The position numbers and the translations under genes are program-made. The notes under the pieces were generated by a model. The model saw only the letters and a list, made by a program, of their open reading frames with translations, had not been told where the DNA came from and searched no databases. A stretch of 64,000 nt of DNA from Camelus ferus (lineage: Eukaryota), in assembly GCF_009834535.1 (NCBI RefSeq), contig NC_045697.1, forward strand, positions 106,704,001-106,768,000. The letters run 5' to 3'. This document shows, one piece after another, positions 39,769 through 52,530 of the stretch. The number at the start of each line of letters is the position of its first letter. Position 1 is the first letter of the stretch.

Positions 39769-39844
39769 CAGACGTCTGCACATGGCAGATCTTCTTCCAA
39801 TGTAAATGGTGGACCTGAACTTGATCGTTGCATGAGTCCTGAAG
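39769..39844 (+). CDS. DCLK2: DCLK2 exon (~6): QTSAHGRSSSNVNGGPELDRCMSPE(G)
   Basis: ctctcttcttCAG|CAG tandem acceptor, AAG|GTAGTT donor, phase 0-1. Confidence 0.93.
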
Positions 39845-40664
39845 GTAGTTCTCAACCTGATGATTACTTTTATAAAGGAAGCCATTCACAGTGAACTTGG
39901 CGGCCACCCAAAATCCACTTGTGCTAAATTACGATCTCCCTAAACAGGGATGTGATCATGTCACTAGTTCGTCTGTTTAGCCTCAGTGGGCAGGGGTCAC
40001 ATCAAGATACACAGAATCTCACTGTTAATGAAACTATCCCAATTTCAAATCTTAGTCTTGGGTTTCCTTTATTTTTCCTTAGTGGCAATCTGCTCATGAT
40101 TCCTAAATGTAGACTGTGTTTTTTCTTAGATAACTAATAAATGGGTTTCTGTGATGTCTGCTGTGTTCTGGGCACTGGAGATACATTGTGAAAAGTAGTT
40201 AGTCTTAACTACTTCCTCCTCTTTTTTGAGAAGACTTTGAGCCAGGAATTAGCCTTAACAAAGCATCTTAACTGGCCAGAGTTTTCTTTACTAGAAAATC
40301 TTGAGGAGAAAATTTCTAAGATTAAGTCCCCACCATCGTCCCCTTCCCCTTTCCCCAGAGTTGACAAAAAAGTTTACAAAGTTTTAGTTAGACTTCCCTT
40401 TTACCCAAAGCTAATCACTTACTTTTCAGCTGATATTTCAGGATTTTTTAGGTTTATTGACTATGTTGGTTTCTGATTCCAACCAACAAGGCAAAAGGAA
40501 ATTGATGATTTAGGTGTTCTATTCAGAAAATACACTCAGATTTTCCTTAGTTTTACCATAGATTTAGAAATAAATGTGTTGTGATTTATTATTTTACAAA
40601 TATGTAGGAATCAGGATGAAATGTTGATGTGTTCATTAGACTTTGCATTTATCCTTTTTTGCAG

Positions 40665-40773
40665 GTGTGAATGGAAACAGGTGCTCTGAATCGTCGACTC
40701 TTCTGGAGAAATACAAAATTGGGAAGGTTATTGGTGACGGCAATTTTGCAGTAGTCAAAGAGTGCATGGACAG
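40665..40773 (+). CDS. DCLK2: DCLK2 exon (~7), kinase start/Gly loop: (G)VNGNRCSESSTLLEKYKIGKVIGDGNFAVVKECMD(R)
   Basis: tttttgcAG acceptor, CAG|GTGCGT donor; IGDGNFAVV glycine-rich loop. Confidence 0.97.
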
Positions 40774-42400
40774 GTGCGTGGATAGTGAGGATAACCATTT
40801 GTTCACCAACACGTACATTCCTCCCTGGGAGTTTATTCTGAGTGAATAAAAGGCCTTCTGAAAGAGTGTATACTTGGGACCAGTAATTTTGCATCCCCAC
40901 AAGAAACTTAACAGGGAAAAATATATGCATACATATAGAGTATAAACCTGCCTTGTGCTTTGAGAGGTATATCAAGTCTCATCCATATGCTAGAGAAAAA
41001 TGGGAAAGAATAAGATTCATTTTTAAAAAAATCTCCTGTAGCACTTAGCTGTGCAGCTCAGGCTCTGGTCTCAGTGTTGTACTTGTATTAATTCATTTAA
41101 TCCCCCTAACCGCCCTCTCAGCTGATAATTAACTACATATCATCACTAGTTCAGGATACATGAGCTCTGTCTTTATAAGATCAGAATCAGCCAACTTTTG
41201 CCAATATTAAAATTACATTTTTGCTAGCCCAGTTTTATTTTGTTTAAGGTCCTAAATCCTCAAATGGTAAGAAATCCATTCTTTTACATTCCGGACCTTT
41301 TGTAAACAGTATTAAAACTGAAAAAGACTGAGATGAGAGTCTTTGTGTGTTTAGGCTGCTAGCCTCACTGTTCTAAGTGGTAATTTTTATTGTCAGTGGG
41401 GAATTTTCTGGAAAGTTCTGGTGAAAAAAAAAAACTACAGTTTTTTGTGTTTTGCTGCATCACCAGGGAAGCTTTACCACTGCCTGTGCGCTGCACAGAG
41501 TAGCTCCGTGTTCTCTAAGCCCTTCTGTTTAGCTCTGGTACATAGATTGCCACCCAGGTAACAAGGGTGTAAGTATGACTTCTAAAGACTTGTTAGAAAT
41601 CCGAGGCAGTGTTTGGTTTATATTATGGGAAAGCAATTTAAATGAAAGTTATTCGTCCAAGGTAAGCCTCATCGGCGTGTGCTGTGACCACCTGGCGAAA
41701 GCAGCTAGCAAGTGAGAGAGCTAACGTATTGCAAGAAAACCACCGTGTTCTTTCATGAACTGCTTTCCTATTCTAAAGGATGTATTTTTGACATATTCAG
41801 ATTAAATTATGTTAAAGGTGATTAAAAGTTAAACAACAATATCAAGATTCTCATGTCCAAGTAAATGATGTCTCCAGTACCAGATACAGGTGTTTAAAGG
41901 TGTGGATGAGATGGTACCAGATCCTCACTGGAGTTTTGGCTGGGAAATAGATGAAAATCTAGGGACTTTTCAGTTTTGAATTATGGGCTACTTCGTGACT
42001 AATGGATTCATGTAAAGACATTGAAAAATGAAAATGTCCATGACCTTGGCTCATTTTTCTTAATTTTATTCTGTCTTTTAAGAGAACTATTTTTGAGATT
42101 TAAGTATGGAAAAATAGCTTCTTGTCCAGCTCTGATACAACAGAGTTTAAATACTTTAAGTATGTGAGTTGCTTTAAAATATGATTAATATTTATAAAAG
42201 GAGGTTGACAGCAGTGGCTTTGTGGGTTTTTTAAAAATCTTTTTTGGGTATTTTTCTCCCTGACCCCAGTCAGCATCATGTCTTATGTACAGAGGAGGAA
42301 GGCAGCCTTTCTTCCCCGAGTCTGTGCTGTAGAGGAAACCAGGAAGGTTGGTGTCTTTGATTCATGTCTTTAAAACGGCCTTCCTCTGATCATTCCACAG

Positions 42401-42458
42401 GTCCACTGGAAAGGAGTTTGCCCTAAAGATTATAGACAAAGCCAAATGTTGTGGAAAG
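42401..42458 (+). CDS. DCLK2: DCLK2 exon (~8): STGKEFALKIIDKAKCCGK
   Basis: ttccacAG acceptor, AAG|GTATAG donor; catalytic Lys (ALK). Confidence 0.96.
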
Positions 42459-42769
42459 GTATAGTATACATAACTGTTTTGTAAAAGAAACTGAAAAAGA
42501 CTTGGAGATGTTTGCTGTGGTGAAGGAATTTAAGTGGTGATTTGACGAGATTGTAACAGGAACAGACTGCTGACTACAGTGTGGGAAACATTTATCAAGC
42601 TTTTTTTACCCCCTGCTATTTTTCAGAAACCTTAATCCTTAAACAGTAAATTGATTTTATCTTTGTCCTAATGAAGGAAAAATACAAGTTCTCTTCTCCA
42701 GGAGATGCCTATTTTAAAAGTCAGCAACACACAAAAGCTATGTCGAGGACTTTGAGAGGTCTGAGACTG

Positions 42770-43260
42770 GACCCTACTTTCAAACTGACAAATTAGCCTA
42801 CCCGGTTTGTGGATGTGGCAGAAGACGCAGTTTCCTGGGTCAGAGACAAAAAAAAACCTTATTACTCATAGTGTAGCTGGAAACAGGAGCTAGCCCCATG
42901 CTTGCTCTGGTTCTCCTTAATTCCAAAGGTCCACAGAAGTGATGCGAAGAGGCCCCACTGGATGCTGTCACACAGTAGGCTTTTGTCACAGCAGGCGATC
43001 CCCAAGCTTAGGAACCCCCCAATCTTATGAGGAGGACACTAGCAAACCTACCCCAGAGAAGAACATTATTCTTACTATCATGTTCAGGAAACAAATCTGC
43101 CCTCCGCCCCGAGGGAGACCCTGTCTCTGCGTTCCAAGGGTGTTTGCTATACAGACATCCTCCAAGAGAGCTTGAAACAACAGCTGATGCAGGGTGTGCA
43201 GGAACACCAGGGACTGTCTCCCCAGATGGATGAACTTTACTCTGTGTCCCAGTGTCAAGA
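42770..43260 (-). mobile_element. Possible old ERV LTR remnant
   Basis: ctgggtcagagacaaa..ttattactcat..gggagaccctgtctct..tgtttgctata resemble old MER-class LTRs; family not assigned. Confidence 0.4.
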
Positions 43261-43419
43261 TGGGGCTGGGAAGAGATCAAATGACGGAATGCTGCTAGAT
43301 TTTTACTGATATTTTAAGTATGTTCAAAAAGATAAGTATTTCATAACAGGGACGACAAAGACCTTTTTAGATTCCTTTCTGGTAGGTAGCGTTGCAGTTC
43401 AGAGAGCAGGCTTTAGACC

Positions 43420-43707
43420 TCACAGTCTGCCACTGGGCTCCTAGCATGCGAGGTGCCAGGCACTTGAAAGGTGGCCAGTCTGAGTTGAAACACAAAGCAG
43501 ATGTTGAAGATTTAATGCTAAAAGAACAAACAATACCTCATTAATATTTTTCATATTTGATTACATGTTGAAGTGATACTATTTTGGACATATTGGGCTA
43601 AGTAAGCTTTATGACTTTATCTGCTTTTTATATTTTTTTTAGCATGGCTGTTAGAAAATTCATATTTACGTTTGTGGATCACATTATATTTCTGTTGAAC
43701 AGTACTG
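43420..43707. mobile_element. MER33/MER3-like hAT-Charlie element, followed by a MIR to ~43930
   Basis: gcacttgaaaggtggccagt..ttgattacatgttgaagtgatactattttgga..cacattatatttctgttgaacagtactg. Confidence 0.75.
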
Positions 43708-44719
43708 CTCTAGAGCCAGATTGTATAAAGTGTAATCTGGGCTCTGCTTCTTTTTGCTGTGTGACCTTGGAAAAATTACATAACCCCTCTGTGCTTCTGT
43801 TTCTTCCTGTAAAATGCAGTTATTAACGATACCTAAGACATAAGGGTGTTATGCATGTTAATTGAATTAAGCTATAGAAAACATGTAGAAAAGTACTGGT
43901 ATATAATAAGAATTTAGCACATGTTAACTGTTAATATTATTAATATGCCAAAGGAATTCAGAATGATATAAATAGTAGGATTTGATGTGATAGTAGTGAT
44001 TTTATATTTATGGAACTCCTAAAGCTTTTCTTCCACACATCTACTAAACTGTGTATTTTTAACAGAAAACTTAAAATATTATGGTAAAGTTTCAGAAAAA
44101 TCTTCTCAGAGCCCCAGAATGGAACAGTCCAAGAGGCAAATTTGTCAGACGCTTTTTTTTTTTTTTTTTACTATGCTGTGACAGGTAGTGAAGCAGTCTG
44201 TACAAAAAGTTCCCCCTCTTTTCTTTGAATAAGGTTTTTCTAAATTTAATTTTCTTTAAATAATTCTATGTGTTTTAACTTACTGTGCTAACCATATTAT
44301 TAAATTTTTAACTGCAAAGCCTTTCCCCATATGTAAGTAGGTGTTACTTTTTGTATCTGATGTTTAAGCAGAATGTATCATAATTCGGGGAAGCCAAGGT
44401 CTAAACAGCTGCATTAAAGTATTTTTTCAAAAAAGTTTTAAAATAATTGCTATGGTAGAGATACTGCTTACCTGATTGAAATTTAAGCAACTGTTTCAGT
44501 AGTTAGAAAAAAAATAAGATCTTTATGCAGAAAAATTCAGTCTGGTACACTAAGTACTGAGGCGAGTGAATAGGTCACTTCAAACATTTGGAACTTGTTT
44601 TTCCTTGTTATTGAATGTCATTGTATTTTTTATAATTCAGGATGATATTCTTGTTTCCATTCTTACATTTTACTTATTTGAACAGCTATTTCTACACTGA
44701 CTATATAAAGTAATTTTAA

Positions 44720-44925
44720 AACTTTTTGTAATTGAAGTATGGTTGATTTACAATATTGTCTTAGTTTCAGGTGTACAGCAAAGTGATTCAGTTATTTTTT
44801 TCAGATTATATTTTATTTTTAGGTTATGACAAGATGTTGAATATAATTCCCCATGCTGTAAAGTAAATCCTTATTGCTTATCTATTTTATGTATAGTAGT
44901 TTGGGTATGTTAATCCCGTACTTGA
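44720..44925 (-). mobile_element. L1 3' end (older copy)
   Basis: aattgaagtatggttgatttacaatattgtcttagtttcaggtgtacagcaaagtgattcag. Confidence 0.8.
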
Positions 44926-45950
44926 TTTGTTTCAAAGGAGTAGATTTTCCCACTAAATTTTATATTTAGAAAAAAATGATATAGAGAATTTTTTTTTTAA
45001 GCAAAAATCTGGGGAAAGGCATTCAGCCACTCTTGTGGGGTATTGTTTGTCACCTTTGCTTTGCGGGTTGTACACGGAAAAGTAATAATGCTAAAAATAG
45101 TATCTGCCATTTATTAAAATGTGTTATCTGTCCAGGCCTGGACATGTAGCAACTTTGCATATTACCTTTAATAACTTGAAAAACAGATGTACCAATTTTG
45201 CAGAGAAAGAAATAGATTCAGATTGAATAGCTTCCCAAAAGTCACACACAGGCAGAGTCGTGATTGGAATTTGGGGCTAGTTGGTTGTACAGCCAGTCTA
45301 CACATTCCCTTTCCAAGTTCAGTTTATGCATTCGTTCGTGTAATAAGAACCTGGGGGGAAAATTCTTGACCCTTGGCCTTCTGTTTTCTTTTCTGTAATA
45401 TATATGAGCATTATTAGATTAATTCACTCACTTACCTAACATCTGTTGTGTGTGCAAGATACTGTGCTAGGAAGAAGGTAATTTAACATGTAAATTAATA
45501 CCAGTTCTGCAAAGAGTGTTGTGGGAGTTCAGGGGAAGCAGAGGAGAGAGAAGTGGGTGATCGGTGGAGATGCCTCAGAGCAGATGCACTTGAGCTGGAC
45601 CTGAGCAGCGGGTAGGATTCGAACAGTGATGACAGAAAAGCCTCCCAGGCAGCCAGCGCAGCCTGAGCAGAGGCCCAGAAGCACGTTGGGCTCTTCTGAG
45701 TAGATTTTTGGCAAAATTCACCTTGGGGCCGTATTTATGGAGGCTTTTGAGAAGGCTGTGGTGTTTGTAAGTTTAAGAATTCTTCCATGTCTAATTTACT
45801 AAACCATATTCATTCTAAATAAATATTCATTGAATTCCCATAAGCCCTGAGCTTTCCATTGTGGTGCTTAGAAGTGGCCCTTCCTTCTCTTCCCCCAGGT
45901 CCAGGTCCGTTATCCACATGTTACAGGAGGATGTAAATCTAAATGTATAT

Positions 45951-46401
45951 TGTATGAGTTTCCTGAGGCTGTTGGAAAAAGTTACCACATACTTGGTGGC
46001 TTGCAGCGGAAACTTATTTTCTCGCAGTTCTGGGGACTGAGAGTCTGAAATCCACAGCCCTCCTCTGAAGGCTTTAGGAAAGAATCTGTTCCTTGACTCT
46101 AATTAGCTTCTGGTGGTTGACAGTATTCCCTGTGCTTGTGGCCACATCACCCCAAACTCTGTTTCCATCTTCACATAGCCTTCTCTTCCGTGTGTTTATT
46201 TTTCCTCTTCTGTGTGTGAAGTCTCCCTCTGCCTCTGTCTCATAAAGACAGCTGTGGTGGCACCCAGATAATCCACAGCTACCTCTTTGTTGCAGAATCG
46301 TTAATCACATCTCCAAAGACATTTTCTTCTTTCCAAATATAGTTACCAGTTCCAGGCATTAGGAGTTCATAATGTCACATGGCTATTATTCAACCCACCA
46401 C
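45951..46401 (-). mobile_element. MaLR LTR (MLT1C/D-like)
   Basis: tgtatgagtttcctgaggctg..cagttctgggg..agtctgaaatc..agcttctggtggttg..ttcaacccaccaca. Confidence 0.8.
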
Positions 46402-48879
46402 ATTCGTCTACCACCGAAGTGACGTACAGTGACTTGAATCTCCGATCTCCCTTACTGTATTATCCTCAGTGGTACTCACTCCACAATATAGATACCAGCT
46501 GTAAAGCCACTGTGACCAAGAGCAGTGCGTGATGTGTTTATGCATTCACCTACTCAAGCACCTCAGAACGAGCTGTGCTAGTGTGAGAGAGCGAGGTAAA
46601 CCAAAACCTCCACGGCAGCAGGGTGAGAGCGGTGGTTGGAGCAAGCTCAGGGGGCAGTGAGAACAAATTAGAGGGTTGAGCAGCTGTGGTGGAGCAGGGG
46701 CGGGCTACCTGGAGGAGGTGAGATCCCATGTGATCCTGAGGAATAAATAGGAGTTCACTAAGAAGTAGGGGAAGAAAGTTCCAGACAGAACTGCCTGTGC
46801 CAGTGCCTGGAGGGCTGGGTGAGAGATGTGTGAAAGGGACAGAGAAGGGAATGGATGTAGGCTATTGAGCAGGCAGTCCTGGCAGGGGCTGGCGACTGGC
46901 TGGCTATGCAGGAGGATGCAGGATCGAGGGCCAGGGTGCAAATCCGTCTGCTCTGGGCAGCCAGCTTCACTCAATGAGACAGAGGACACAGTGGGGAAGG
47001 ACTGTTCTGCGGGGCTGGGAAGGGTGGAGACAGGATGCTTCGTTTGGTTTAGGAGAGTTGTTTATTCCCCAAATCCATTTCTCTCTGGTCCTGTCTGTCT
47101 GTCTCTCTCTTGTACATTAAAAACCACCGTGGCCGAGGATCGGGCGGTTTCCGATGCCAAGTGAGCCGTTTCTTTGTCATTTACTCTCACACGAAACCCT
47201 GGAACACCGCCATGAAATGATTCATGTGTAAATTATTTGGAGTTAGAATCATGAATCACTTAACATAAATAATGGCAGATGACTGAATAATGTAAGTCCA
47301 CTGCAGTTTGAGACAAAAGTGATGTTCATATCGTATTTAGAAATAACTCCTGGAAAATGTAATCTAGAGAGCATTTTTTACATATTAGAAGCAGATAGCA
47401 TATGGGTTGCATAAGAAAGAGAACATTTGTAAGGATTTTTTTGTGCACTGTTTTGCTTCTGAGGTTGGTTTAGTTCAAAAAGTGGATTTGTTCCTTCAAA
47501 GACGTTTTTACAGGCGTCCTCAGAGGTTGGGAAACAAAGGCTAATAGCTCCCATGTCCCAACAAAAACCTTCACTGTGTGTGGAGAATGCTAGCCGTTGT
47601 TGACTAGCATGCAGTAAGCCGAGATGATAAATACTGGAGGAGAAAATGTTGCTGCAATATTTGCTTAATACTGGTAATGCACCACTGCCGGGGGCCCTGG
47701 GATGAGTTCCCCAGGCTTCCCAGAAGACTCTCTGTTGTGCCTCTTCATGGAAAAGAGAAGTGTCGTCTCTGCACCGGGTGGACTCCTTATCTTGGCTCCA
47801 GCGTGAGAGAGTTCTTGGGGCACTGGCAATGGGGAGTATTTTGTGTATGTTGCTTGAAATTGGCATCACAAAGTCCCTGAATAGAGGTAAATTTTTAGAC
47901 TCTTCCGACTTTGAGGGAAATGGGGATGGGGCAGGAGAACTGAAGTGAGAGATCCATTTAGCTTAAAAAATGAAACACCGTTAGCAAATTTTACAGAGCA
48001 TTTCTTAAATTCCAAACAGTTCGTTATAACAGTTAATGAGGATCAACAAATGTGACATTACTGAGAGATTTTAATGTTGCAAAGTAGAATAGAGCATTAG
48101 TTGTTCATGATTCATGAGTTGGCGTATTGAGAATAGTTCCTTAATGCTGTGAGTAAACATTTGGCTATAATGCTGTCCCAACCACATCACTCACCAGGAC
48201 TGATAATCAGGTGGTGTTTTCAGAGAATTGATTAGAGTTAAAAGGAGAATAGTGGGCCCCACGGTACTGTATGTGTCCTGAGTTCTGAAATGCAAGATGA
48301 TAAAGAATGTCCATCTGGTGAACGATTTTGTACCCAGTCATAGAGGAGGAAAGTTTCTTTTTCATGAATTTCAACATGAAATTCAGTTTACACTGGTAAT
48401 AGTTTAAAAACTAAAAATGTTTGTAATGCTAGAGGTTGTGTCCCATAAGCATGCCAAATTTCCCTATGTGCCTGCCTGGTCTTTATTTCTGAGTGTTTAC
48501 TGAAATGAAAAAGTGGTTCCAGCTGAACCACAGCACAGTGTGGCGTACCCAAGCCTTCTCAGCATCACGGCGTCACAGCCTCTTAAGGTGCTGGGAGTAT
48601 TGAAGACACAAGGAGGGAGCGTGCGCAGAGCACACTGAGAGGGCACCCCGAGCCCTTTCGAGGGATGCTTTGCAGGATGCCTTCCTTTTTGTTAGTTACA
48701 ATGAAATATCACCCTGGCTTGTCCTGTTGCTGTGGAAACCCACTGGGCCAGGGTTTGGTTTGTCTCAGTTCCTTCAGCATCACATCTACAGACAATGTTG
48801 TCCTCCGGGACACAGGGATAGAGCAGAGGGTTCTGTAATTTCTGATCCATCTCTCTAAACCCCTTTTTTTTTTTGACAG

Positions 48880-48999
48880 GAACATCTGATTGAGAATGAA
48901 GTGTCGATACTGCGCAGAGTGAAGCATCCAAATATCATCATGCTGGTTGAGGAGATGGAAACGGCCACTGAGCTCTTTCTGGTGATGGAATTGGTCAAA
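48880..48999 (+). CDS. DCLK2: DCLK2 exon (~9): [40 protein letters not shown]
   Basis: T-tract gacAG acceptor, AAA|GTAAGA donor; alphaC Glu, HPNI, gatekeeper Met. Confidence 0.97.
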
Positions 49000-49241
49000 G
49001 TAAGAGGACGGAGAGGTTTCAAGAGAGTTCATCAATGCCAGGTCCCACGACTTGCAATATTCTTGCAGGACCTAGTTGGAAAAGTGTTTTGCCACCTTGA
49101 AATTTTCGTTACTTATAATCATCAATTTTAGTGGCACTCGTGTCATTTTTTTCATCTATTCCAGGCCGATGAACCTTCTTTGTTACCTTCCTAGGATGGC
49201 CACTGTTGATGTCTTGCTGTGTCCTTTTATGTGTCCTGTAG

Positions 49242-49388
49242 GGTGGAGATCTCTTTGATGCCATCACCTCTTCAACCAAGTACACCGAGAGAGATGGCAG
49301 TGCCATGGTGTACAACCTGGCCAGCGCCCTCAGGTACCTCCACGCCCTCAGCATCGTGCACAGAGACATCAAGCCAGAGAACCTCTTG
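49242..49388 (+). CDS. DCLK2: DCLK2 exon (~10): [49 protein letters not shown]
   Basis: cctgtAG acceptor, TTG|GTATGT donor; HRDIKPEN catalytic loop. Confidence 0.97.
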
Positions 49389-50159
49389 GTATGTTACCTC
49401 TGCCTTTTCTGTTCAGCTCATGGCTCTCTTCTGGTAAAGTGACAGTAATCACATGCAAACAGTCATGCACCCATCCTGCAAATAAGGGACTGAGAGAATT
49501 TAAATCTAGCAGATCAGCCTGACTTAAGTCAAAGGCCATAAAATGTTAATGGGTTTCTTGAATTGATCTGCATTTACTGTTTACCAGACGTTAGAAAAAT
49601 TGTTTACCTTTATGTTTTGATTGATGGTACTGACTAAAGAAAGGTGAGCAGGAGAATTATTTTATGAGGCAAAATATTCTGAAGAGTAAATTGGAGACAG
49701 AATTAGAGGTTTCTAGGAGACAGAAGTAGAACACGGGGGCTCATTTCTATGCAGGAAATAATCTAGTCCAGTCATCTCAGTTTTACAGATATGGACATTG
49801 AGACCCAGAGATACTAGTTTTTCTTGCTTAAATGTCTCATTTGTCCTGTTGTTCTACCAAGGAAAGTCTCATTCCATTATGACACCCAGCTTCGTAGTCT
49901 GGTCCCAGTTTACCTTTCCAGCCTCTTGTCCTGTCCCCTCTCTTCTCTACCCATCTGGTGAGCATGGTACTCACCTTCAAACCATATTTAACTCCCCTCA
50001 TGGTGGCCTTCAAAACCAAACACAGCTTGCTAATTGAGCCAGTCCTCATGTCTACCTTGTAGAGGAATTTTAGAGGTGATTTGGGCGGTCTGCAGACACA
50101 TCCCCCCAACACACACAGGAAAGCTGGTTTCTCTGGTCCCACCTTTCAGGGCTGGGTAC

Positions 50160-50198
<39 letters not shown>

Positions 50199-50216
50199 TC
50201 ATCATCATCATCATCA
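50160..50216. repeat. (CAT)n trinucleotide microsatellite with one 1-nt interruption
   Basis: About 18-19 CAT units seen directly. Confidence 0.95.
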
Positions 50217-52399
50217 CTGCTTGGGAGGTGAGCTTATCTGCGTTTTCCATATCATGTTAATCCAAACACAGGTTTCCCCAGGCCTTGGAGTTGGTGAAGA
50301 CTTGACTTTGTCAGCAGCATTACACCTCATTGCTAGTGTCCATGCCGGTCTCTGTTTGCAGCTGCAGCACGGCACATCTTGTAAGACGCTGAGCAAGGCC
50401 TGTCTTCCTGACATCATCCCCAGACGCCCTGGGGAGAGTCAGTCGTGGCCTCCTCTGGCTTCTGCTGCACTTGCCATGGTGCAGGGTGGTTTTATCATCT
50501 CCTTGTCTGTTGTCTTCTGCAGGTTGTCAGCACCATTAGAGACAAGGTTTATGTCCCCACTACCTTTATATCCCAGGGCCTTGGACAGTGCCAAGTAAGC
50601 ACACAGCCGGTGTGGAGTATACGGGCTGGTGCCCGACCACTGATGGGCATGGGGCTGGCAGCCGCTGGCACCCACACATGCGTCTCCACAGCCTGCCCTG
50701 TGCTTGCGACACACAAACAGTAGTCGAGCAGAATATGCACTGATGGATAGGCTTGGGGGCCATCCTTGGACTTCCTGCTAATTCAGAGTATCCGTTTCCC
50801 CTTTTGGTCATACAATTCGATCATTTCTGAGTGTCAACTTCCAAGTATGTGAGATTTTTTTTTACTGTTTTCTGCCTTGAGGGAACGCATTTCACGTCTA
50901 TGTGTTCCTATCAGGAGACAAACACTCCTGCGCGGTAAAACAGGATGTACTGTTCGGACTCGGTTTTATGAACTGCAAGAGGGATGGAGACAGCTGTAAA
51001 GCAGGCCTTGGGGAGGAGGTGAGGACATGGTGTTCCTTCTCAAAACAGGCTTCTCTTCCCTTGTGACACTGCGGTGTCTGCTAGCCCGGGCCCCTCACCA
51101 CTGCCGGCGTGGGCCGGGGGCTTCATGGGCCCAGGTGACAGGGCTTCCCCCAGACATTCACAAGGACGCCCTGCTCCCCACGGCCCCCTGTCACCCCAGA
51201 GGCTGCAGCTACTGATGTTCCCATACTTTCTGGACCCAGGGGTCCCCAGGAACCATTGGTTGCCATGGAGCCAGCCCATCCCAGCGGCAGCTCTGACTGC
51301 CGAGGCCCAGTGAGCAGGGGACGGAGGGAGTAGTCAGCTTCCCTGTGAACCTGGCAGCGCCCGCTTCCCAGCTCAGATCCTACTCTCACCTCCCATTGCT
51401 CTTTTCCACCCTCATTGTCTTAATGTGCGTAAAACCTCAGAATCTGATGCCACATCCTTTTCTCGTTACACGTCAAGAGAAGATTCAGTAGTGGGGATTG
51501 ATGTATCCAACGTGATACGTCTCAGGATGTAGGCAGGGAATTGAGATCGGGTGTCTCCTCTAGTGTCACCTGCCCTAGGTGAGTGTCCGCCCCGCTCCAG
51601 GACCTGGTCCTGCCCCATTGTGCTGCCTAAAGGGAAGAAGGAAGACGATAATAAAACTAATGTCTGGTTGAGGCTAATGTGTGGCATGAAAGAGCCGAGG
51701 TGTCAGGCTGTGCAAACCCTTGACGGCACCTGTCTTAGTATGTGTCTGCCGTTGGAACCTACCTGGGCCCCTCAGCAGGTGCTAGACATGGTCAGCAAGT
51801 TGGCGTTGCCCCGAATGAGAAAGTGCCATTGAGACGCTCAGAGTAACCACGTGGAGTGACCCGTCAGCCTCTTGCAACTCTAAAAAGAATTCAGTCTCTA
51901 AACACCAGAGCATTCAGACATCTGATTTGCATCCCCTTCTCTGGCGGCAGTGCTGTAATTCAAAGTCCTGCTGGCGGAGACGGACGGGTCAGGGAGCACA
52001 GGGGTGGCCCTCAGTGCGGTGAGTTACAGCCTGGGGCTGCCCTGTCAGCGGTAACCAGGAGAGCCTGGTGATAAATTCCGCATCTCCAGGAGTTCTGGGG
52101 ACAGGGAGACAAGAGGGCTGGTTTCTCATATTTGAAGTCGTCCTAAATCAGGACATGGACATTTTATTTAGAGAACAGCATGCAGCGTTCACTTTGTCCG
52201 TGGAATCTGCATTCCTCACGGTTTTCAGTTTTGCATTGTCAGAGCAATTGCGGACAGCGTCTCCCAGCTTGGGGTGTGGGGGGGCAGGGGTTGGAGCACC
52301 GCAGGGCTGGGCTTCTCCCAGGGGGGCTTGTTCAAACCCCACACAGGGTCTGCATACAGTGCAGCTTTTCAGACCTGGAATCTGTTGCAGAACAGTGCA

Positions 52400-52530
52400 G
52401 GTTGGAATCCCACTTGGCCCCCTACTAGTAACGTGAGTTTTCTGAGCCTCAGTTTCCTCATCTGTAAAATGGAGTAACTCTTCCCAGTTGCTCAGCAGGG
52501 TGACTGTAGAAGTGTGATGAGACAGTATTT
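52400..52530 (+). mobile_element. MIR SINE
   Basis: tctgagcctcagtttcctcatctgtaaaatgg core. Confidence 0.8.

Noticed and set aside
50034..50231. ORF with poly-His/poly-Ser
   Set aside because: Translation of the (CAT)n microsatellite
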